Of a stretch of DNA of 64,000 bases, positions 28,120 through 39,385 are shown in pieces (position 1 is the first letter of the stretch; the number at the start of each line of letters is the position of its first letter). Both the position numbers and the translations under genes were made by a program. Location of the stretch: contig CAMEJG010000007.1 of the NCBI GenBank assembly GCA_945919465.1, positions 1,099 through 65,098 of the forward strand, in the 5' to 3' direction. Source of the stretch: an uncultured Anaeroplasma sp. (GTDB taxonomy: Bacteria; Bacillota_I; Bacilli_A; Acholeplasmatales; Anaeroplasmataceae). The notes under the pieces are model-generated. The model ran no database searches and was not told where the DNA came from. It was given only the letters and a program-made list of their open reading frames with translations.

Positions 28120-28803
28120 ATGGAAAAGAATTTATTATTTGATTTATATGGTACATTAATTAATATTCATACTAACGAAGATAGTTTATTATTTTGGGAT
28201 AGTGTAAAGGAAGAATTATTTATAGATTCTAAATTATCTTGTGAAGAAATAAAAAATAAATATTTACACTATTGTATGGAATTATCAAAAGAAAAAGAAG
28301 AAATAGAAATCTTAGATGTATTTAAGCTTTTAGGCTTTGAAAATAAAAATGAAGCATTAATGGCAGCTAAAAGATTTAGAGAATTATCAACAACATTTAT
28401 TAAACTATATTCTAATGTCAAGGAAACTTTAATAGAATTAAAAGCTCTTGGATTTAAATTATATGTATTAAGTAATGCACAAGCCTCATTCACTGTACCA
28501 GAATTAAAAAAACTTGGTATTTATGATTTATTTGATGGAATAGCTATTTCATCTGATTATGGAGTTAAAAAGCCTAATTTAGAATTTTATAAAAGAACTA
28601 TTTTAGATTTTAATATTTCTAGTGGAATTATGATTGGTAATGATTATGAATGTGATGTTTTACCTGCAAAAGAAATTGGATTAGGCTCTATTTTTATTAG
28701 ATCAAATATCACCCCTTATGAACCAAATTATTGGAAACGTAGTGATTTAGATTATTTTGATAAAAAACAATTGATTGATAAAATATTAAACTTTTATAAA
28801 TAA
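28120..28803 (+). CDS. HAD family hydrolase
   Basis: FDLYGTL, LSNAQ, KKP and IGND motifs. Confidence 0.9.
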   Translation: MEKNLLFDLYGTLINIHTNEDSLLFWDSVKEELFIDSKLSCEEIKNKYLHYCMELSKEKEEIEILDVFKLLGFENKNEALMAAKRFRELSTTFIKLYSNVKETLIELKALGFKLYVLSNAQASFTVPELKKLGIYDLFDGIAISSDYGVKKPNLEFYKRTILDFNISSGIMIGNDYECDVLPAKEIGLGSIFIRSNITPYEPNYWKRSDLDYFDKKQLIDKILNFYK

Positions 28804-28910
28804 TTATATAAAATTTTATTTTTATTATATATATATTGAAAAGAAATTAAATTAGATGCTATAATTATCATAAATAAAATTACATTTTTCTTTTTAGGAG
28901 GTACTCTCTT

Positions 28911-29912
28911 ATGGATAATCAAAAAATCAGAATAAAGGATATCGCAGAAGCTCTACACTTATCTGTATCTACTGTTTCTAAGGCTTTAAATGGAGCCTTT
29001 GATATCTCAAGAGAAACTAAAGAAGAAGTATTAGAATATGCTAAAAAAAATGGATATAAGGCAAGAGATGAAAGATTAGTAGTTAAAAAGGTAAGAAGAT
29101 TATGTGTTTTATATGATAATATTGATTATTCTACTCAATGTAATGTGATAATTCCGGTATCAATGTCTTTTGCTAATTTTGCAAGAAATAATAATTTTGA
29201 AATTGTACAAACTCCTATAAGCTCTATGGGAATGTCTTATGATGAATTTATGGCTAAAAATGATTATGTAGGAGCTTTTATAGCAGGATTAAATTATAAA
29301 TCATCTATTATTCATGAAATTCAGAATACTACATATCCAACAGTATTATTTGATAATAATATTGAAGGAAATAAGATTTCTACAATATCTATTGAAAATG
29401 TAAATTCTATTGTTAAAATAGTAGATTTATTATATTCTTTAGGTCATAGAAAAATAGGCTTTATTCATGGGGATAAACATTCATTTATTTCAAATGAACG
29501 CTTTGCAGGATATATTATTGGTCAAAATATTCATGATTTAGAATATAATCCTAATTATGTATATTATGGTGAATATAGTGAACAATCAGGCTATGATGCT
29601 GGTGAATTTTTTGCAGGCTCTGATGTTACTGCTGTAATTTGTTCATCTGATTTAATTGCGATTGGATTAATGAGAGGCTTAGAAGAAAAAGGAATTAGTG
29701 TACCTGATGATATCTCTGTAACAGGTTTTGATGATTTAGATGTTGCGAAATATGTAAATCCATCATTAACTACTGTAAAGCAGAATATTGATAAAATAGG
29801 GGAAAAGGCTTTTAATTTATTACTTAATATGCTAACAAATAGATCGGGTCAAAGAATTGTTGTTACAAGTGATATTATTGTAAGAAATTCTACGGCTAAG
29901 GTTAAAGAATAA
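28911..29912 (+). CDS. LacI family transcriptional regulator
   Basis: IKDIAEALHLSVSTVSKALN HTH; RKIGFI, SDLIAIG, VPDDISVTGFDD and P.LTTV. Confidence 0.95.
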   Translation: MDNQKIRIKDIAEALHLSVSTVSKALNGAFDISRETKEEVLEYAKKNGYKARDERLVVKKVRRLCVLYDNIDYSTQCNVIIPVSMSFANFARNNNFEIVQTPISSMGMSYDEFMAKNDYVGAFIAGLNYKSSIIHEIQNTTYPTVLFDNNIEGNKISTISIENVNSIVKIVDLLYSLGHRKIGFIHGDKHSFISNERFAGYIIGQNIHDLEYNPNYVYYGEYSEQSGYDAGEFFAGSDVTAVICSSDLIAIGLMRGLEEKGISVPDDISVTGFDDLDVAKYVNPSLTTVKQNIDKIGEKAFNLLLNMLTNRSGQRIVVTSDIIVRNSTAKVKE

Positions 29913-29914
29913 AT

Positions 29915-29968
29915 AAAATAGGTAGTCAATATGGATTAAATTTAATCATATTTGGCTACCTATTTTTT
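29915..29968. terminator. Bidirectional terminator between LacI and HD-GYP genes
   Basis: Long imperfect inverted repeat AAAATAGGTAGTCAATATG.ATTAAA/TTTAATCATAT.TGGCTACCTATTTT. Confidence 0.8.
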
Positions 29969-31277
29969 ATGAATTATCTTTTTTAGGAAAAATATCATTT
30001 TTGAATTCTTCCCAATTATCTATTAGATTTTGTAATATAATAGGGTCAAATTGTTTTCCCTTTTCCTCTACTAAAATATTATAGGTTTTTTCAAAACTAA
30101 AAGCTTCCTTATATTGTCTTTTTGATAATAATGCATCTAGTACATCCGCAACAGACATTATTCTTGCGCATAAAGGAATTTCAGTTTCTTTAAGACCTTT
30201 AGGATATCCCTTTCCATCATATCTTTCATGATGATATAAGCATACCTCTTTAGCTATTTTTAAATAATCTGCATCCTTAGAATCAACGAAGCTATTTAAT
30301 AGCTCAATACCATATTCGGGATGTTTTTTCATTTCATTATATTCTTCATCTGTAAGCTTACCATTTTTACATAAAATTGCATCAGGAATATGAATTTTAC
30401 CAATATCATGTAGTGGTGCAGCTTCTATTACTAATGCAGCATATTCATTAGTTAACTCGTCACTAAAGGTATTATTTTCAAGAAGCTTAGTAGTTATAAA
30501 ATTAACATATCGTGCCGTATTTTTGATATGAGCTCCGGTTGTTTGATCTCTACTTTCAATTACTGAAGCTAATGATACAATTACCTTTTGTTGATTTATT
30601 AATATTTCTTTTGATAAATCTAAATTTTTTTCTTGTGTAGATATTAATTCCTTTGTTCTTTTATCTATTACATCATTTAAATGGGTTACCATAGGTACAG
30701 CACCTAAAACTACTAAGGTTTTAGGTAATACAAAAAATAATATATATTTAAACCAATTTGGTTCAGCTGCAAAATTATATTCCCAATAATTCTTTACAAA
30801 ATGATCAGTTTTGGTATAGGTAAAGAAAATCATATTTGCATCACATAGGCCAAAATAATATCCAAATATTGTACAGGATAGAATACCTAATGCAGTTAAG
30901 ATGTAGGTATACCATACAACTCTTTTACTTCTATATTGAGCGGAATATATTATTGGAAATATTAGTGATAACATAGTATGATAGGTTAATAATGAAGTTA
31001 TAAAGGAATAGATTAAAACAGTTAAAAAAATGAAGATATATTTAACATAGAATTTTGATAAATCTAAAAGTTTTGATAATATTAGTGTAACTAAAGCTAT
31101 TATTGTACTTCCTATTACACAGACAAGAAAAATGGATGAATCTATAATAAAAATATTTAATAGATTTAATATCCATGTTAAATATAATATTAATACTGTA
31201 ACTAAAATGCACTTAACTGAATATTTATTACTATTTATTTCGTTTTGTTCATTATTGATATATTCCATTTTTCTCAC
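29967..31277 (-). CDS. Membrane-bound HD-GYP domain phosphodiesterase
   Basis: About 6 N-terminal TMs; RD..TG.H, LHDIGK, HHERYDGKGYP and VADVLDAL...R.YK all intact. Confidence 0.92.
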   Translation of the reverse strand: MRKMEYINNEQNEINSNKYSVKCILVTVLILYLTWILNLLNIFIIDSSIFLVCVIGSTIIALVTLILSKLLDLSKFYVKYIFIFLTVLIYSFITSLLTYHTMLSLIFPIIYSAQYRSKRVVWYTYILTALGILSCTIFGYYFGLCDANMIFFTYTKTDHFVKNYWEYNFAAEPNWFKYILFFVLPKTLVVLGAVPMVTHLNDVIDKRTKELISTQEKNLDLSKEILINQQKVIVSLASVIESRDQTTGAHIKNTARYVNFITTKLLENNTFSDELTNEYAALVIEAAPLHDIGKIHIPDAILCKNGKLTDEEYNEMKKHPEYGIELLNSFVDSKDADYLKIAKEVCLYHHERYDGKGYPKGLKETEIPLCARIMSVADVLDALLSKRQYKEAFSFEKTYNILVEEKGKQFDPIILQNLIDNWEEFKNDIFPKKDNS

Positions 31278-31465
31278 TCTCCTTTTAAAAAATTATAACA
31301 TAATAAAAATGTGAAATAAACAAATTTTAATTTATTTTTAATCTAATTAAAACATTTTCATACAAATATTTACCTTTTTTATTGAATTTTTTACAAAATT
31401 ATTTTATTGAAAATCATAGGCTTAATTAGTATAATAATATATATTATTTGAAAAGTGGTGTTATT

Positions 31466-34400
31466 ATGGAGGGATTTAATAAAATTGGTTTATATGATCC
31501 AAAATATGAACATGATGCCTGTGGTATTGGTGGAATTGCCTCAATTGATGGAATTAAAACTCATGAGCTTGTTTTAGATGCATTAAGTATATTAATACAT
31601 CTTGAACATAGGGGTGGTACTGGCAGTGAAAGTAATTCGGGAGATGGTGCTGGTATCTTAATTCAAATTCCACATGAATTCTTTAAAAAATTAGATTTAG
31701 GGTTTGAAATTAATAATGAGGGAGATTATGCAGTAATTCAAACCTTTTTAAGTAAGAATGATCATTTTAAAGAAAATGGAATTAATTTAATAAAGGAAAC
31801 ATTAATAAATTATGATTTAGAATTATTAGGTATTAGGGATGTGCCTATTAATGATATTGAATTAGGTAATAGTGCTAAGGCATCTATGCCTTATATTTGT
31901 CAATTTTTCATTAAAAAACCACTTAATGAAACTAATATAGAATTTGAAAGACATTTATATTTATGTAGAAGAATAATTGAAAATAAGGCTTTAGAATTAA
32001 AAATTCCTGATTTTTATATTTGTTCAATGTCATCAAAAACTATTGTCTATAAAGGAATGCTAGTTTCAACCCAGGTTCAAGGCTTTTATGTTGATTTAAA
32101 TGATACTAGCGTTAAAAGTGCTATTGCGACTGTACACTCAAGATTTTCAACTAATACCTTCCCTTCTTGGAGTAGAGCTCATCCATATAGAATGTTATGC
32201 CATAATGGTGAAATTAATACTATTAAGGGAAATGTTGATGGTGTTAAGGCAAGAGAAGGCTTATTTGAATCTAAAATATATAAAGAGCACTTAAAGGATT
32301 TACTTCCTGTTATTGCGAATATGTCTAGTGATAGTGCGATGGTAGATAATTTTATAGAATTTTTAGTTATGAATGGTAGAAGTATTGAAGAAGCTATTAT
32401 GCTATTAGTACCAGAACCATGGACTAAAAATAAGGATATGGATTTATCACTTAGAAGCTATTTTGAATTTAATTCAACATTTATGGAGCCATGGGATGGT
32501 CCTGCAGCAATTTTATTTACTGATGGAGATAAGCTTGGGGCGACTTTAGATAGAAATGGCTTAAGACCCTTAAGATATTGTCAAACAAAGGATAATAGAA
32601 TTATTTTTTATTCTGAAACTGGATCTTTACCTATTAATGATAAAGATATTATATATAAAAGTAGATTAAATCCAGGTTCTATTATTGTAATAGATACTAA
32701 GAATAATAAGATATTATCTAATGATGAAATAAAGAATTATTATGCTAATAAAAAACCTTATTCTCAATATGTAAAAAATATTATTAAATTAAAGGATCCT
32801 TGTGATAGAGTAGAATCTATTAGTGATGATAGATATAATTTTTTAATTAAAGCCTTTGATTATTCTTTAGATGATATTAATAATTCTATCATTTATGTTG
32901 CGAAAAATAAAACTGATAAAACTGTAGCTATGGGATATGATAAGCCTCTTAGTGTATTATCGAATAGATCTCATTTATTATATGATTATTTTCATCAAAA
33001 TTTCGCTCAAGTTACTAATCCTCCTATTGATTCAATTAGAGAAAATATTGTAACTAGTCAAAGAATTTATGTTGGTAGAGAGGGTAATTTAATTAATCCT
33101 GATGAAAATAATTGTAAAAGAATTAAATTAAATAGTCCTATTATTTCATTATCAGAGTTAGAAGAAATAAAGGAATTAAAAAATATTAAAACAAAATGTG
33201 TAGATATTTTATATTCTAAGAATGAAAATTTAGAGGATGCGATTGAAAGAATATGTTTAGAATGTGTTAATTTAATTAATAATGGTACTGAGGTATTAAT
33301 TTTAACTGATGAAAATTCAGATGAATTTAATATTCCTATTCCAGCATTATTAATATCATCAAGCGTTCATAATAAATTAACTCAAAAATCATTAAGAACT
33401 CATGCTTCTATTATTTTGGATTCTTATGAGCCTAGAGAAATTCATCATTTCGCTACTCTTGTTGGTTATGGAGTTACTGCAATTTGTCCGAGATTAGTAT
33501 TTGAGGTTATTAGAAGACAAATAAATAAAGCATTAAATATGAGTTATACTGAAGCTGTAAAGGGCTATATTGAAGGAATTACCTCAGGTATTACAAAGAT
33601 TATGAGTAAAATGGGTATTTCTACTATTCAATCTTATAATGGAACTCAAATATTTGAAATTATTGGACTTGATAGATTATTTGTAAGTAAATATTTTCCT
33701 AATACTAGAAGTGCTATTTCAGGAATAGGTATTAATGATATCGATATTGATATTAAAAAAAGATATTATTCTATAAATGATGAGAATGATGATTGCGCCT
33801 TAGATAAGGAAGCTATTAGCTTAATTCAAGAAGCGACTATTAATAATGATTATTCTTTATATAAGAAATATTCTAATCATATTAATAGTAAATTAATTCA
33901 TTTACGTGATTTATTTGATTTAGATTATCATAATCCTATTTCAATTGATTCAGTTGAGGATGAATATGAAATAGTAAAAAGATTCTCTATTGGAGCTATG
34001 AGCTTTGGTGCAATTTCAAAGGAAGCTCATGAGGTATTAGCTAGTGCGATGAATAAGCTTAAGGCTATGTCAAACTCTGGTGAGGGTGGAGAAGCAAAAG
34101 AAAGATATAATACTATTTATAATAGTAGTATTAAACAGGTTGCCTCTGGTAGATTTGGTGTTAATATTGAATATTTATGTAGTGCAAATGAAATTCAAAT
34201 CAAGATAGCTCAGGGTGCAAAGCCTGGTGAGGGTGGAAATTTGCCTAAAAATAAGGTTTATCCTTGGATTGCAGAGGCAAGACATTCAACTCCTGGTGTC
34301 CAATTAATATCATCACCTCCTCATCACGATATTTATTCTATTGAGGATTTAGCTCAATTAATTTATGATTTAAAAAATGCTAATCCTGATGCTGTAATAT

Positions 34401-35851
34401 CAGTTAAGCTTGTAAGTGAAGCTGGTGTTGGTACAGTAGCTTCTGGTGTTGTTAAGGCTGGAGCGAATAAAATATTAATTTCTGGTTTTGATGGTGGTAC
34501 TGGTGCCGCTCCTAAAACTAGTGTAAATCATGCTGGTATTCCTTTTGAGATTGGACTTAGTGAGGCTCATCAAACTCTTATTTTAAATAATTTAAGACAA
34601 AGAGTTAAGCTTGAGGTAGATGGTAAGCTACTTACTGGTAGAGATATTGTTATTGCGGCATTATTAGGCGCTGATTTATTTAGCTTTGCATCATTGCCAT
34701 TAATTGTTATTGGCTGTAAAATGCTTAAGGTATGTAATTTAAATACTTGTCCTTTTGGTGTCGCCACTCAAGATGAAAAATTAAGAAATAAATTTAGTGG
34801 TAAGGATAGTTATGTAATTAATTTAATGCTTATGCTTGCAAAAGAAGTAAGAGAAATTATGGCATCCTTAGGCTTTCATACTGTTGATGAGATGATTGGC
34901 CATGTAGAATATATTAAGCCAAGAGCTTATAGAGGCTTAGATTTTGATGATGTATTATATAAAAAGGATTGCTATGGAAAAACTCATGAGCATTTTGAAG
35001 AATTTAAAAAGATTGATTTAAGAAATACATTAGATTCTAAGAAATTAATTCCTTTAGCTATGAATACTATTAAATATCATAGAAAATCTAAAATAAGTGT
35101 TTTAGTTGAAAATACTAATAGAGCAATTGGTACTTATTTATCAAGCTATTTAGTAAAGAATAATATTAAATTAGATGATAATGATATTGAAATTACTGCA
35201 ATCGGAAATGCAGGTAATTCCTGTGGTGCCTTTTTAACTAAGGGTGTTACTCTTAATATTAAGGGTGATGCGAATGATTATTTAGGTAAAGGCTTATCTG
35301 GTGGTATTATTTCTTTAACAGTAAATGAAGAATTTAATGGTGATGCTTCAAAAAATATTATTGCTGGAAATGTTTTATTTTATGGAGCAACTCAGGGCTT
35401 TGGCTATATTAATGGTATATGTGGTGAAAGATTTGGTGTGAGAAATTCAGGAGCTTCATTAGTTACTATTTCAGTAGGTAGTCATGGATTAGAATATATG
35501 ACTGGTGGAAAGGTATTAATTTTAGATAAAATTGGAAAGAATTTTGCCTCTGGTATGAGTGGAGGAGTAGCTTTCATTAGAAATACTATAGAAAATATAA
35601 ATAATATTAATCTTAGTATAGCTACACTATATAATCTAAATGAAGAGGATTATTTAGAATTAAAGGAATTATTAGCTTCATTTATTGAATATACAAATTC
35701 TGATTTCGCTAAAAATATAATTAATAATCTAAATATTAATGATTATATTAAATTAGTACCAAATGATTATTATCGTGTATGTGAATTAATAAAAAAATAT
35801 CAAAATGAAGAAAATTATCTTATAAAGGTATTTAATGAAGCTATTAAATAG
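31466..35851 (+). CDS. gltB: Glutamate synthase large subunit
   Basis: EHDACGIG (GATase Cys), HRGG, HSRFSTNT, HNGEINT, EPWDGPA, QVTNPPID, KQVASGRFGV, AQGAKPGEGG, and the 3Fe-4S motif CKMLKVCNLNTCP. ATG at 31466 preferred over TTG at 31448. Confidence 0.96.
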   Translation: MEGFNKIGLYDPKYEHDACGIGGIASIDGIKTHELVLDALSILIHLEHRGGTGSESNSGDGAGILIQIPHEFFKKLDLGFEINNEGDYAVIQTFLSKNDHFKENGINLIKETLINYDLELLGIRDVPINDIELGNSAKASMPYICQFFIKKPLNETNIEFERHLYLCRRIIENKALELKIPDFYICSMSSKTIVYKGMLVSTQVQGFYVDLNDTSVKSAIATVHSRFSTNTFPSWSRAHPYRMLCHNGEINTIKGNVDGVKAREGLFESKIYKEHLKDLLPVIANMSSDSAMVDNFIEFLVMNGRSIEEAIMLLVPEPWTKNKDMDLSLRSYFEFNSTFMEPWDGPAAILFTDGDKLGATLDRNGLRPLRYCQTKDNRIIFYSETGSLPINDKDIIYKSRLNPGSIIVIDTKNNKILSNDEIKNYYANKKPYSQYVKNIIKLKDPCDRVESISDDRYNFLIKAFDYSLDDINNSIIYVAKNKTDKTVAMGYDKPLSVLSNRSHLLYDYFHQNFAQVTNPPIDSIRENIVTSQRIYVGREGNLINPDENNCKRIKLNSPIISLSELEEIKELKNIKTKCVDILYSKNENLEDAIERICLECVNLINNGTEVLILTDENSDEFNIPIPALLISSSVHNKLTQKSLRTHASIILDSYEPREIHHFATLVGYGVTAICPRLVFEVIRRQINKALNMSYTEAVKGYIEGITSGITKIMSKMGISTIQSYNGTQIFEIIGLDRLFVSKYFPNTRSAISGIGINDIDIDIKKRYYSINDENDDCALDKEAISLIQEATINNDYSLYKKYSNHINSKLIHLRDLFDLDYHNPISIDSVEDEYEIVKRFSIGAMSFGAISKEAHEVLASAMNKLKAMSNSGEGGEAKERYNTIYNSSIKQVASGRFGVNIEYLCSANEIQIKIAQGAKPGEGGNLPKNKVYPWIAEARHSTPGVQLISSPPHHDIYSIEDLAQLIYDLKNANPDAVISVKLVSEAGVGTVASGVVKAGANKILISGFDGGTGAAPKTSVNHAGIPFEIGLSEAHQTLILNNLRQRVKLEVDGKLLTGRDIVIAALLGADLFSFASLPLIVIGCKMLKVCNLNTCPFGVATQDEKLRNKFSGKDSYVINLMLMLAKEVREIMASLGFHTVDEMIGHVEYIKPRAYRGLDFDDVLYKKDCYGKTHEHFEEFKKIDLRNTLDSKKLIPLAMNTIKYHRKSKISVLVENTNRAIGTYLSSYLVKNNIKLDDNDIEITAIGNAGNSCGAFLTKGVTLNIKGDANDYLGKGLSGGIISLTVNEEFNGDASKNIIAGNVLFYGATQGFGYINGICGERFGVRNSGASLVTISVGSHGLEYMTGGKVLILDKIGKNFASGMSGGVAFIRNTIENINNINLSIATLYNLNEEDYLELKELLASFIEYTNSDFAKNIINNLNINDYIKLVPNDYYRVCELIKKYQNEENYLIKVFNEAIK

Positions 35852-35859
35852 GAGGCATT

Positions 35860-36561
35860 ATGGCATATATTGAATTTAAAAATGTAAATAAAATCTATCA
35901 AATGGGAGAAGTTGAAATAAATGCTATAAATAATGCATCATTTCAAATTGATAAGGGAGAATTAGTTTGCATTTTAGGACCCTCTGGCGCTGGAAAAACT
36001 ACAACCTTAAATATCTTAGGAGGTATGGATTTTCCAACTAGTGGTGATGTTATAGTTGATGGAGTCAATATAAGTAATTTAAAGAATAAAGCTCTTATCA
36101 GCTATAGAAGACATGATATAGGATTTGTGTTTCAATTTTATAATTTAATTCAAAATTTAACAGCTCTAGAAAATGTTGAGCTTGCAGTACAACTATGTAA
36201 GGATTATAAGGATCCTAAAAAGGTATTAGAGGATGTAGGATTATCAGAAAGAATTAATAATTTCCCCTCACAGCTTTCAGGTGGTGAACAACAGCGTGTC
36301 AGTATCGCAAGAGCTATAGCTAAAAACCCTAAGCTTCTATTATGTGATGAGCCTACTGGTGCTTTGGATTATAATACAGGAAAACAAATACTTAAGCTAT
36401 TAGAGCGTGAAAGTAAAGAAAATAATATGACAGTATTAATTATTACTCATAATAGTGCTATAGCACCTATGGCTAATAAGGTTATTAAATTTAAAAATGG
36501 ATGTGTAGAGGATATAATTATTAATGAAAATCCTAAAACTATAGATGAGATAGAGTGGTGA
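35860..36561 (+). CDS. ABC transporter ATP-binding protein (LolD/MacB type)
   Basis: [27 protein letters not shown] and ITH. Confidence 0.95.
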   Translation: MAYIEFKNVNKIYQMGEVEINAINNASFQIDKGELVCILGPSGAGKTTTLNILGGMDFPTSGDVIVDGVNISNLKNKALISYRRHDIGFVFQFYNLIQNLTALENVELAVQLCKDYKDPKKVLEDVGLSERINNFPSQLSGGEQQRVSIARAIAKNPKLLLCDEPTGALDYNTGKQILKLLERESKENNMTVLIITHNSAIAPMANKVIKFKNGCVEDIIINENPKTIDEIEW

Positions 36562-36565
36562 TAAT

Positions 36566-39292
36566 TTGAAAAATAGAATTATTACTTCAAGTTTAAGACA
36601 AATAAAAAACTCAAAAACTCGATTTATAGCCTTATTAATCTTAAGCTTATTAGGAGTTTTCGCTTTTGTAGGATTACAATCTACAGCCCCCGATATGATT
36701 TATTCATTAGATTCTTTATATGATGAATATAATGTTTATGATATTAAGCTTCAATCAGCATTAGGCTTAACAAATAAAGATTTAGATTATTTTAATTCTT
36801 TAGATTTAGATTGCCTTGAAGCATCCAAAAGTATTGATGCCTTATATAAAAATGAAAAAAATGAAAGTGTAATTCAAATTATTAGTATTCCCAATAATAT
36901 TAATAAGATTAAAATAATTGAGGGAAGACTTCCGATAAATCCTAATGAAATAGTAGTAGAAGAAAGTCTATTAAAAAATTATGATATTAATATTGGTGAT
37001 GAAATAGAAATAAATACTGATAAGCTTATAAATAATAAGGTTATTATTACTGGTACAGTATATTCACCATTATTCATTAATTCCATAAAAACTGGAAATG
37101 ATAGAGGAAAAACAAATATAGGTAGTGGAAAAATTAATTATTATTCTTATATGATGATTGATTCTTTTAATTTTAATTATTATACAAGCATTTATCTTTC
37201 ATCAAATAAGGCTAAATCATATGAAACTAGTTCTAATAATTATTTAAATGAAATTGATTTATTAACTAATAAATTAACAAATGATATTGAAACTAGACCA
37301 AATGATACAAAAAAGCAAATTGTTGATGAATTATTTGAGGATAAAATAGCAGAAATAAATAGAGAATATGCTAATAAGCTTCAAGAAATAAATGATAAAG
37401 AAAAGGAAATTGATGAATTAGTATCTCAATATTCAACAGAAGATAATCCTATCAATAGAGATAATCTAATAGATTATTATAATGTATTAATAAATATTAA
37501 TCCTGATTTTGCTAGTAAAATAATGCTTATAATAGAAGCTTATAATGAAATTGATGAAGCAAGATTGACATTAGAAAATACAAAAGATAATGCATTAAGT
37601 GAAATAGAAGAATTAAAATTAGATATATATAATAACCTTGATAGCTATTATCATATATATGATAGAACAGATCATACTACCTATAATGAATATATTGATG
37701 ATGCATTAAGTATCTCAAATTTAGCTAAAATATTTCCAGTATTATTCTTTTTAGTTGCAATATTAGTTAGTCTTGTTTCTATGAATAGAATGGTAGAAGA
37801 AGATAGAGCTAATTTAGGGACTTTAAAATCCTTAGGATTTAGCAATATTCATATTATTACAAAATATGTAATTTTTAGTATTTCTGCATCAATTGTTGGT
37901 GGACTATTAGGAGCTTTATTAGGTTCTTTTGTTATTCCTGCATTAATTTTTAATATATATACAATATTATTTAGTGTCCCAAAATTAATGTTTAAGGCTA
38001 ATATCATTTCAATTATTATTGGATTTCTAATCACAATTATTTGTATTGTAGGTACTACTATTTATACTGCATATAAAACTTTAAAGGAAAAACCATCAGA
38101 ATTGTTAAGGCCAAAAGCTCCTAAAGCAGGTAAAAGAATATTACTTGAAAAAATAAAACCAATTTGGTCTAGATTATCATTTTCTAAAAAAATAATATGT
38201 AGAAATTTATTTAGATACAAAAAAAGAGCCTTAGTAACAATATTTGGTATTGCAGGCTGTAGTGCCTTAATGCTTGCAGGATTTGGAATTAAGGATTCAA
38301 TAGTAGATATACCAAAGGTACAATATGAAGATATTTATAAATCTGATGCGATAGCATATTCTTCTAATAAAACTGAAGTTGAATTGGAAGAAACCTTTAA
38401 TTCTTTAAATCAAATTAATAATCATTATTCAGTAATGCAAATAAATGCTAAAATTGAATCAAAGGAAGGCTATATTTTAGTATTACCTGAAAATGATAAT
38501 AGAAATGAATATTTAAGCTTAAAGGATAAAAATAATGATGAAGAAATTATTTTAGATAATAATACATGTGCTATTTCTGATAAATTAAGTGAACTATTGA
38601 ATATTAATATTAATGATAGTATTTCTGTAATAGATAATGATGGTAATGAATTTAATTTAATTGTTTCTCATATTATTAAAAATTATATTAATCATTATAT
38701 TTATATTAGTAAGGATTGTTATTTAAGATATAATTTAGATTTTAATCCTAATATGACCTTCTTTAATACTATAGAATTAAATGAAGCTGAAAAGCTTGAG
38801 TTATCAAAAAAATTATTAGAAACAAATAATGTTTTAAATGTAATATATTCTAATGAGCTTATAGCTACTGCAGAGGATATGCTTGGTTCATTAAATAAGG
38901 TAGTATATATTTTAGTAATCCTTTCAATGATATTAAGCTTTGTTGTTTTATATAATTTATCTAATATTAATATGCAGGAAAGAAAAAGAGAAATATCTAC
39001 TCTTAAGGTATTAGGATTTTATGATAATGAAGTAGATAGTTATATTACCTCAGAAAATATAATATTGACTATTATTGGTATTATTATTGGTTTAGTATTA
39101 GGTTATTTTTTAGCAATGATAGTAACTAAAACAGTAGAAATAGATAGGATTAGGTTTATTTATGGAGTAAAGCTATTAAGCTATATATTAACATCTTTAT
39201 TTTCTATTATATTTACTTTTATTGTAAATTTTATTGCTCATTTTTCTTTAAGAAAAATAGATATGATAGAATCATTAAAAAGTGTAGAATAG
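36566..39292 (+). CDS. FtsX/MacB-like ABC permease (two-lobed)
   Basis: Two TM groups; FPVLFFLVA, MNRMVEEDR..LGTLKSLG and ER.REISTLKVLG. Confidence 0.9.
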   Translation: MKNRIITSSLRQIKNSKTRFIALLILSLLGVFAFVGLQSTAPDMIYSLDSLYDEYNVYDIKLQSALGLTNKDLDYFNSLDLDCLEASKSIDALYKNEKNESVIQIISIPNNINKIKIIEGRLPINPNEIVVEESLLKNYDINIGDEIEINTDKLINNKVIITGTVYSPLFINSIKTGNDRGKTNIGSGKINYYSYMMIDSFNFNYYTSIYLSSNKAKSYETSSNNYLNEIDLLTNKLTNDIETRPNDTKKQIVDELFEDKIAEINREYANKLQEINDKEKEIDELVSQYSTEDNPINRDNLIDYYNVLININPDFASKIMLIIEAYNEIDEARLTLENTKDNALSEIEELKLDIYNNLDSYYHIYDRTDHTTYNEYIDDALSISNLAKIFPVLFFLVAILVSLVSMNRMVEEDRANLGTLKSLGFSNIHIITKYVIFSISASIVGGLLGALLGSFVIPALIFNIYTILFSVPKLMFKANIISIIIGFLITIICIVGTTIYTAYKTLKEKPSELLRPKAPKAGKRILLEKIKPIWSRLSFSKKIICRNLFRYKKRALVTIFGIAGCSALMLAGFGIKDSIVDIPKVQYEDIYKSDAIAYSSNKTEVELEETFNSLNQINNHYSVMQINAKIESKEGYILVLPENDNRNEYLSLKDKNNDEEIILDNNTCAISDKLSELLNININDSISVIDNDGNEFNLIVSHIIKNYINHYIYISKDCYLRYNLDFNPNMTFFNTIELNEAEKLELSKKLLETNNVLNVIYSNELIATAEDMLGSLNKVVYILVILSMILSFVVLYNLSNINMQERKREISTLKVLGFYDNEVDSYITSENIILTIIGIIIGLVLGYFLAMIVTKTVEIDRIRFIYGVKLLSYILTSLFSIIFTFIVNFIAHFSLRKIDMIESLKSVE

Positions 39293-39385
39293 TCTTAAAT
39301 ATTAATTAATTTGATATATTTATATTGATTTTAATTTATTTTTTGTTAATATATTTATAGAAGTTTTTTTTAAGAGGTAAGAAGT

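Noticed and set aside
31384-31400. CodY-like AATTTTTTACAAAATT upstream of gltB
   Set aside because: Too easily matched by chance in AT-rich DNA.
15522-37849. Short ORFs 15522-15746, 28269-28493, 31132-31314, 32100-32294, 34570-34767 and 37849-38034
   Set aside because: They overlap well-supported genes on the opposite strand or in another frame.
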